Assembly: GCF_055388945.1 (NCBI RefSeq)
Contig: NZ_AP042529.1
Reading direction: 5' to 3' (one strand)
DNA length: 24,000 nucleotides
The position numbers and the translations under genes were made by a program. Position 1 is the stretch's first letter. Each line of letters opens with the position of its first letter. Of the stretch, positions 17,844 through 24,000 are shown piece after piece. The notes beneath the pieces were generated by a model. The model was not told the origin of the DNA, ran no database searches, and saw only the letters and a list, made by a program, of their open reading frames with translations.

Positions 17844-18302
17844 ATGAGCGAAAAATACATCGTCACCTGGGACATGTTGCAGATCCATGCACGTAAACTC
17901 GCAAGCCGACTGATGCCTTCTGAACAATGGAAAGGCATTATTGCCGTAAGCCGTGGCGGTCTGGTACCGGGTGCGTTACTGGCGCGTGAACTGGGTATTC
18001 GTCATGTCGATACCGTTTGTATTTCCAGCTACGATCACGACAACCAGCGCGAGCTTAAAGTGCTGAAACGCGCAGAAGGCGATGGCGAAGGCTTCATCGT
18101 TATTGATGACCTGGTGGATACCGGTGGTACTGCGGTTGCGATTCGTGAAATGTATCCAAAAGCGCACTTTGTCACCATCTTTGCAAAACCGGCTGGTCGT
18201 CCGCTGGTTGATGATTATGTTGTTGATATCCCGCAAGATACCTGGATCGAACAGCCGTGGGATATGGGCGTCGTATTCGTCCCGCCAATCTCCGGTCGCT
18301 AA
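17844..18302 (+). CDS. gpt: Xanthine-guanine phosphoribosyltransferase
   Basis: 152 aa, [23 protein letters not shown]..., with the PRPP-binding motif [13 protein letters not shown]. Confidence 0.97.
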
Positions 18303-18309
18303 TCTTTTC

Positions 18310-18341
18310 AACGCCTGGCACTGCCGGGCGTTGTTCTTTTT
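18310..18341 (+). terminator. Rho-independent terminator of gpt
   Basis: GC-rich hairpin AACGCCTGGC-ACT-GCCGGGCGTT followed by GTTCTTTTT. Confidence 0.7.
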
Positions 18342-18393
18342 AACTTCAGGCGAGTTACAATAGTTTCCAGTAAGTATTCTGGAGGCTGCATCC

Positions 18394-19638
18394 ATGACAC
18401 AGGCAAACCTGAGCGAAACCCTGTTCAAACCCCGCTTTAAACATCCTGAAACCTCGACGCTAGTCCGCCGCTTTAATCACGGCGCACAACCGCCTGTGCA
18501 GTCGGCCCTTGATGGTAAAACCATCCCTCACTGGTATCGCATGATTAACCGTCTGATGTGGATCTGGCGCGGCATTGACCCACGCGAAATCCTCGACGTC
18601 CAGGCACGTATTGTGATGAGCGATGCCGAACGTACCGACGATGATTTATACGATACGGTGATTGGCTACCGTGGCGGCAACTGGATTTATGAGTGGGCCA
18701 CCCAGGCGATGGTGTGGCAACAAAAAGCCTGTGCGGAAGAAGATCCGCAACTCAGTGGTCGTCACTGGCTGCATGCGGCTACGTTGTACAACATTGCCGC
18801 CTATCCTCATCTGAAAGGAGATGACCTGGCCGAGCAAGCGCAGGCTTTGTCAAACCGCGCCTATGAAGAGGCCGCTCAGCGTCTACCGGGCACGATGCGA
18901 CAGATGGAGTTTACCGTACCCGGCGGTGCGCCCATCACCGGCTTTTTGCATATGCCGAAAGGCGATGGCCCGTTCCCGACGGTATTAATGTGTGGTGGTC
19001 TGGATGCGATGCAGACGGACTATTACAGCCTGTATGAACGTTATTTTGCGCCGCGCGGCATTGCGATGCTGACTATTGATATGCCGTCGGTGGGCTTTTC
19101 TTCAAAATGGAAGCTCACCCAGGACTCCTGCCTGTTGCATCAGCGCGTCTTAAAGGCTCTGCCTAACGTACCGTGGGTGGATCACACTCGCGTCGCGGCC
19201 TTTGGTTTCCGTTTCGGCGCTAACGTTGCCGTGCGTCTGGCATATCTTGAATCGCCGCGTCTGAAAGCGGTTGCCTGTCTTGGTCCGGTAGTTCATACCC
19301 TGTTGAGTGATTTTAAGTGCCAGCAACAGGTGCCGGAAATGTATCTTGACGTTCTGGCGAGTCGTTTGGGGATGCATGATGCTTCCGACGAAGCGTTGCG
19401 CGTGGAGCTGAATCGCTATTCATTAAAAGTGCAAGGATTGCTGGGACGTCGATGCCCAACGCCAATGTTATCAGGCTACTGGAAGAACGATCCGTTCAGC
19501 CCGGAAGAGGACTCACGCTTAATCACCTCATCATCTGCTGACGGTAAATTATTAGAGATCCCATTTAACCCGGTGTATCGGAATTTTGACAAAGGTCTTC
19601 AGGAAATCACCGACTGGATCGAAAAACGCTTGTGTTAA
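18394..19638 (+). CDS. frsA: Fermentation/respiration switch protein FrsA (alpha/beta-hydrolase fold esterase)
   Basis: 414 aa, [30 protein letters not shown]... Recognised as E. coli FrsA (YafA). SD GGAGG lies 8 nt upstream. Confidence 0.95.
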
Positions 19639-20097
<459 letters not shown>

Positions 20098-20105
20098 GTG
20101 AAATG

Positions 20106-20128
20106 TGCCGGATGCATCACATCCGGCA
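20106..20128. terminator. Bidirectional terminator hairpin between convergent crl and phoE
   Basis: Perfect 9-bp stem TGCCGGATG / CATCCGGCA with a 5-nt loop CATCA. Confidence 0.7.
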
Positions 20129-20135
20129 ATAATCA

Positions 20136-21191
20136 TTAAAACTGATAGGTCATGCCAACCGCGACAATATCATCATTATTAATATTCAATTTGTTATCGC
20201 TATCCAGTTGGTTGATTTTATAATCAACAAACGCTGACATATTTTTGTTGAAATAATATGTAGCCCCGACATCGATATAATTGACCAGATCTTCATCACC
20301 GATACCTTCAATATCTTTCCCTTTCGATAAGACATAACCCAGCGATGGACGCAGACCAAAGTCAAACTGGTATTGAGCGACCGCTTCAAAGTTCTGTGTC
20401 TTATTGGCAAAGCCGCCAGTTATTGGCGTCATTTTGCGTGTTTCAGAATAAAAAGTTGCCAGATAAATATTATTGGCATCGTATTTCAGACCTGTAGCCC
20501 AAGCTTCTGCACGCTTGCCTGTGCCACGGCTTTGCAGGTTCTGCTCGTTGGTGCGATCTGAGTTGGTATAGGCCCCACTAATGGCGAAATCGCTGCCGCC
20601 AAAGTCATATGTCAATGACGTGCCGAAGCCATCGCCGTTTTGCTTTTTAACGTCGCGGTTTTCGTTTTTCCCTTGATATTGCAGGGTTAAGTTCAGGCCA
20701 TCGATAACGCCGAAGAAGTCGGTGTTCCGATACGTCGCCAGACCGCTGGCGCGTTTGGTCATAAAGTTGTCGGTCTGCGCCGAGGAGTCGCCACCAAATT
20801 CCGGGAACATATCGGTCCAGGCTTCCACGTCATACAACGCGCCCAGGTTACGGCCATAGTCGAAAGAACCCAAATCTTTATACTTCAATCCGGCAAAAGC
20901 GAGACGCGTTTTTTGCTGTGCAGTATCACTCTCCGCTTTATTTCCGGCAAACTCCGCTTCCCAACGACCATAACCAGTCAGTTGATCGTTAATTTGTGTT
21001 TCGCCTTTAAAACCAAAACGGATATAACTCTGGTCGCCATCTTTACTGTCGTTATCACTCATATAATGCATGGCTTTAACTTTGCCATAGACATCCAGTT
21101 TATTACCGTCTTTGTTATATATTTCTGCGGCCTGTACGGATGCAGATGCCACAATGCCCATCACCACTAATGCCAGAGTGCTCTTTTTCAT
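20136..21191 (-). CDS. phoE: Phosphate-starvation-inducible anion-selective outer-membrane porin PhoE
   Basis: 351 aa, [37 protein letters not shown]..., with the C-terminal porin signature ...VAVGMTYQF. The second ATG (21191) has AGGA 6 nt upstream. The ORF-track ATG at 21197 directly abuts that SD. Confidence 0.95.
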   Translation of the reverse strand: MKKSTLALVVMGIVASASVQAAEIYNKDGNKLDVYGKVKAMHYMSDNDSKDGDQSYIRFGFKGETQINDQLTGYGRWEAEFAGNKAESDTAQQKTRLAFAGLKYKDLGSFDYGRNLGALYDVEAWTDMFPEFGGDSSAQTDNFMTKRASGLATYRNTDFFGVIDGLNLTLQYQGKNENRDVKKQNGDGFGTSLTYDFGGSDFAISGAYTNSDRTNEQNLQSRGTGKRAEAWATGLKYDANNIYLATFYSETRKMTPITGGFANKTQNFEAVAQYQFDFGLRPSLGYVLSKGKDIEGIGDEDLVNYIDVGATYYFNKNMSAFVDYKINQLDSDNKLNINNDDIVAVGMTYQF

Positions 21192-21271
21192 TTTCATTCC
21201 TGATTTTAATTAACGCGCGAATATTCTGCGGGAGAGCCCCGTTGAAAACAGGAAAGTTTTTAACCTGAGAT

Positions 21272-21290
21272 TGTTAAAGATATATTACAG
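21272..21290 (-). promoter_or_regulatory. Pho box (PhoB binding site) of the phoE promoter
   Basis: The minus strand reads CTGTAATATATCTTTAACA. It has a CTGTAAT first half-site and an 11-bp periodicity to the second half, compared with the consensus CTGTCATA(A/T)A(T/A)CTGTCA(C/T). It lies about 80-100 nt upstream of the phoE ATG. Confidence 0.65.
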
Positions 21291-21478
21291 ATTAATGATA
21301 TTCTTAAAATGTGGTAATTTATTAAATCTGTAATAAAAGCGTAAACAACTGCCGTTAGGCTTGCTGATCCCGCGCAACAAAACGCCATGCTTTGCTCGCA
21401 GATGGTTGGCAACCGACGACAGTCCTGCTAAAACGTTCGTTTGATATCATTTTTCCTAAAATTGAATGGCAGAGAATC

Positions 21479-22582
21479 ATGAGTGACAGCCAGACGCTGG
21501 TGGTAAAACTCGGCACCAGTGTGCTAACAGGCGGATCGCGCCGCCTGAACCGTGCCCATATCGTTGAACTTGTTCGCCAGTGCGCGCAGTTACATGCCGC
21601 CGGGCATCGGATTGTTATTGTGACGTCGGGCGCGATCGCCGCCGGACGTGAGCACCTGGGTTACCCGGAACTGCCAGCGACTATCGCCTCGAAACAACTG
21701 CTGGCGGCGGTAGGGCAGAGTCGACTGATTCAACTGTGGGAACAGCTGTTTTCGATTTATGGCATTCACGTCGGGCAAATGCTGCTGACTCGTGCTGATA
21801 TGGAAGACCGTGAACGCTTCCTGAACGCCCGCGACACCCTGCGTGCGTTGCTCGATAACAATATCGTTCCGGTAATCAATGAGAACGATGCTGTCGCTAC
21901 GGCAGAGATTAAAGTCGGCGATAACGACAACCTTTCTGCACTGGCGGCGATTCTGGCGGGTGCCGATAAACTGTTGTTACTGACCGATCAAAAAGGTTTG
22001 TATACCGCTGACCCGCGCAGCAATCCGCAGGCAGAACTGATTAAAGATGTTTACGGCATTGATGACGCACTGCGCGCGATTGCTGGTGACAGCGTTTCAG
22101 GCCTCGGAACTGGCGGCATGAGTACCAAATTGCAGGCCGCTGACGTGGCTTGCCGTGCGGGTATCGACACCATTATTGCCGCGGGCAGCAAGCCGGGCGT
22201 TATTGGTGATGTGATGGAAGGCATTTCCGTCGGTACGCTGTTCCATGCCCAGGCGACTCCGCTTGAAAACCGTAAACGCTGGATTTTCGGTGCGCCGCCT
22301 GCGGGTGAAATCACGGTAGATGAAGGGGCAACCGCCGCCATTCTTGAACGCGGCAGCTCCCTGTTGCCGAAAGGCATTAAAAGCGTGACTGGCAACTTCT
22401 CGCGTGGTGAAGTCATCCGCATTTGTAACCTCGAAGGTCGCGATATCGCCCACGGCGTCAGTCGTTACAACAGCGATGCATTACGCCGTATTGCCGGACA
22501 CCACTCGCAAGAAATTGATGCAATACTGGGATATGAATACGGCCCGGTTGCCGTTCACCGTGATGACATGATCACCCGTTAA
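21479..22582 (+). CDS. proB: Glutamate 5-kinase (proline biosynthesis)
   Basis: 367 aa, [34 protein letters not shown]..., with an amino-acid kinase domain plus a C-terminal PUA domain. The ORF-track start at 21392 adds 29 unsupported codons. Confidence 0.96.
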
Positions 22583-22593
22583 GGAGCAGGCTG

Positions 22594-23847
22594 ATGCTGG
22601 AACAAATGGGCATTGCCGCGAAGCAAGCCTCGTATAAATTAGCGCAACTCTCCAGCCGCGAAAAAAATCGCGTGCTGGAAAAAATCGCCGATGAACTGGA
22701 AGCACAAAGCGAAATCATCCTCAACGCTAACGCCCAGGATGTTGCTGACGCGCGAGCCAATGGCCTTAGCGAAGCGATGCTTGACCGTCTGGCACTGACG
22801 CCCGCACGGCTGAAAGGCATTGCCGACGATGTACGTCAGGTGTGCAACCTCGCCGATCCAGTGGGGCAGGTAATCGATGGCGGCGTACTGGACAGCGGCC
22901 TGCGTCTTGAGCGTCGTCGCGTACCGCTGGGGGTTATTGGCGTGATTTATGAAGCGCGCCCGAACGTGACGGTTGATGTCGCTTCGCTGTGCCTGAAAAC
23001 CGGTAACGCGGTGATCCTGCGTGGTGGCAAAGAAACCTGTCGCACTAACGCGGCAACGGTGGTGGTGATTCAGGACGCCCTGAAATCCTGTGGCTTACCG
23101 GCGGGTGCCGTGCAGGCGATTGATAATCCTGACCGTGCGCTGGTCAGTGAAATGCTGCGTATGGATAAATACATCGACATGCTGATCCCGCGCGGCGGGG
23201 CTGGTTTGCATAAACTGTGCCGCGAGCAGTCGACGATCCCGGTGATCACAGGTGGTATAGGCGTATGCCATATTTATGTTGATGAAAGTGCAGAGATTGC
23301 TGAAGCCCTGAAAGTAATCGTCAATGCGAAAACTCAGCGTCCGAGCACATGTAATACGGTAGAAACGTTGCTGGTGAATAAAAACATCGCCTATAGCTTC
23401 CTGCCCGCATTAAGCAAACAAATGGCGGAAAGCGGCGTGACGTTACACGCAGATGCATCTGCGCTGGCGCAGTTGCAGACAGGCCCTGCGAAGGTGGTGG
23501 CGGTTAAAGCCGAAGAGTATGACGATGAGTTTCTGTCATTAGATTTGAACGTCAAAATCGTCAGCGATCTTGACGATGCCATCGCCCATATTCGTGAACA
23601 CGGCACGCAACACTCCGATGCGATCCTGACCCGCGATATGCGCAACGCCCAGCGTTTTGTTAACGAAGTGGATTCGTCCGCTGTTTACGTTAACGCCTCT
23701 ACGCGTTTTACCGACGGCGGCCAGTTTGGACTGGGTGCGGAAGTGGCGGTAAGCACACAAAAACTCCACGCGCGTGGCCCAATGGGGCTGGAAGCACTGA
23801 CCACTTACAAGTGGATCGGCATTGGTGATTACACCATTCGTGCGTAA
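22594..23847 (+). CDS. proA: Gamma-glutamyl phosphate reductase (glutamate-5-semialdehyde dehydrogenase)
   Basis: 417 aa, [36 protein letters not shown]... SD AAGGAG overlaps the proB stop (TAAGGAGCAGGCTGATG). Confidence 0.96.
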
Positions 23848-23851
23848 ATAA

Positions 23852-23910
23852 AACCGGGTGATGCAAAAGTAGCCGTTTGATTCACAAGGCCATTGACGCA
23901 TCGCCCGGTT
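23852..23910 (+). terminator. Possible proBA terminator: long-loop palindrome followed by a short T-run
   Basis: AACCGGGTGATGC (23852-23864) pairs 12/13 with GCATCGCCCGGTT (23898-23910) across a 33-nt loop, followed by AGTTTT. The geometry is atypical for an intrinsic terminator. Confidence 0.35.
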
Positions 23911-23961
23911 AGTTTTAACCTTGTCCACCGTGATTCACGTTCGTGAACATGTCCTTTCAGG

Positions 23962-24000
23962 GCCGATATAGCTCAGTTGGTAGAGCAGCGCATTCGTAAT
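23962..24000 (+). tRNA. thrW: tRNA-Thr (anticodon CGU), 5' portion only (truncated by the window end)
   Basis: GCCGATATAGCTCAGTTGGTAGAGCAGCGCATTCGTAAT contains the acceptor 5' strand, the D-arm TAGCTCAGTTGGTAGAGCA, and the anticodon stem-loop start with CGT in the loop (TTCGTAA). Recognised as E. coli thrW. Confidence 0.9.

Noticed and set aside
17976-18428. 150-aa minus-strand ORF across gpt and the gpt-frsA spacer
   Set aside because: It is antisense to gpt, spans the gpt terminator hairpin, and has no recognisable motifs.
21392-21478. 29-codon upstream extension of proB (TTG start)
   Set aside because: The known ProB starts [12 protein letters not shown] at ATG 21479. The extension lies in promoter or leader DNA.

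Overview
This window matches the well-characterised Escherichia coli chromosomal segment yafV through thrW (about 5.3 to 5.8 min on the K-12 map). It appears to come from a non-K-12 strain. All identifications are from my own recognition of protein and DNA sequences; no database search was run.

Gene order, left to right:
- an intact ISAs1-family (H-repeat) insertion sequence
- yafV(-), ivy(+), fadE(-), gmhA(+), yafJ(+), yafK(-)
- yafQ(-)/dinJ(-) toxin-antitoxin pair, then yafL(+)
- REP-flanked rayT(+)
- the lfhA'(-)/'lafU(+) remnants of the Flag-2 lateral-flagellar cluster
- the SOS operon dinB-yafN-yafO-yafP(+)
- an ERIC element
- the ykfJ(rtcB2')/'prfH fusion remnant(+)
- pepD(-), gpt(+), frsA(+), crl(+), phoE(-), proB(+), proA(+)
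- the first 39 nt of tRNA-Thr thrW

Every ORF longer than about 80 codons is either one of these genes or an antisense or out-of-frame shadow of one. I therefore see no room for an undescribed multi-gene system and do not claim one.

What deserves a second look is strain-specific gene decay and repeat architecture:
- a 2-nt frameshift at the 5' end of the yafQ toxin gene next to an intact dinJ
- an in-frame amber codon in rayT, which is still bracketed by mirrored REP pairs
- the two deletion scars (Flag-2 and rtcB2-prfH)
- an intact IS with a perfect 14-bp hairpin in its left end
- a 15-codon ORF with a consensus Shine-Dalgarno sequence between yafP and the ERIC element
- an intact crl gene

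No CRISPR array and no rRNA gene are present.
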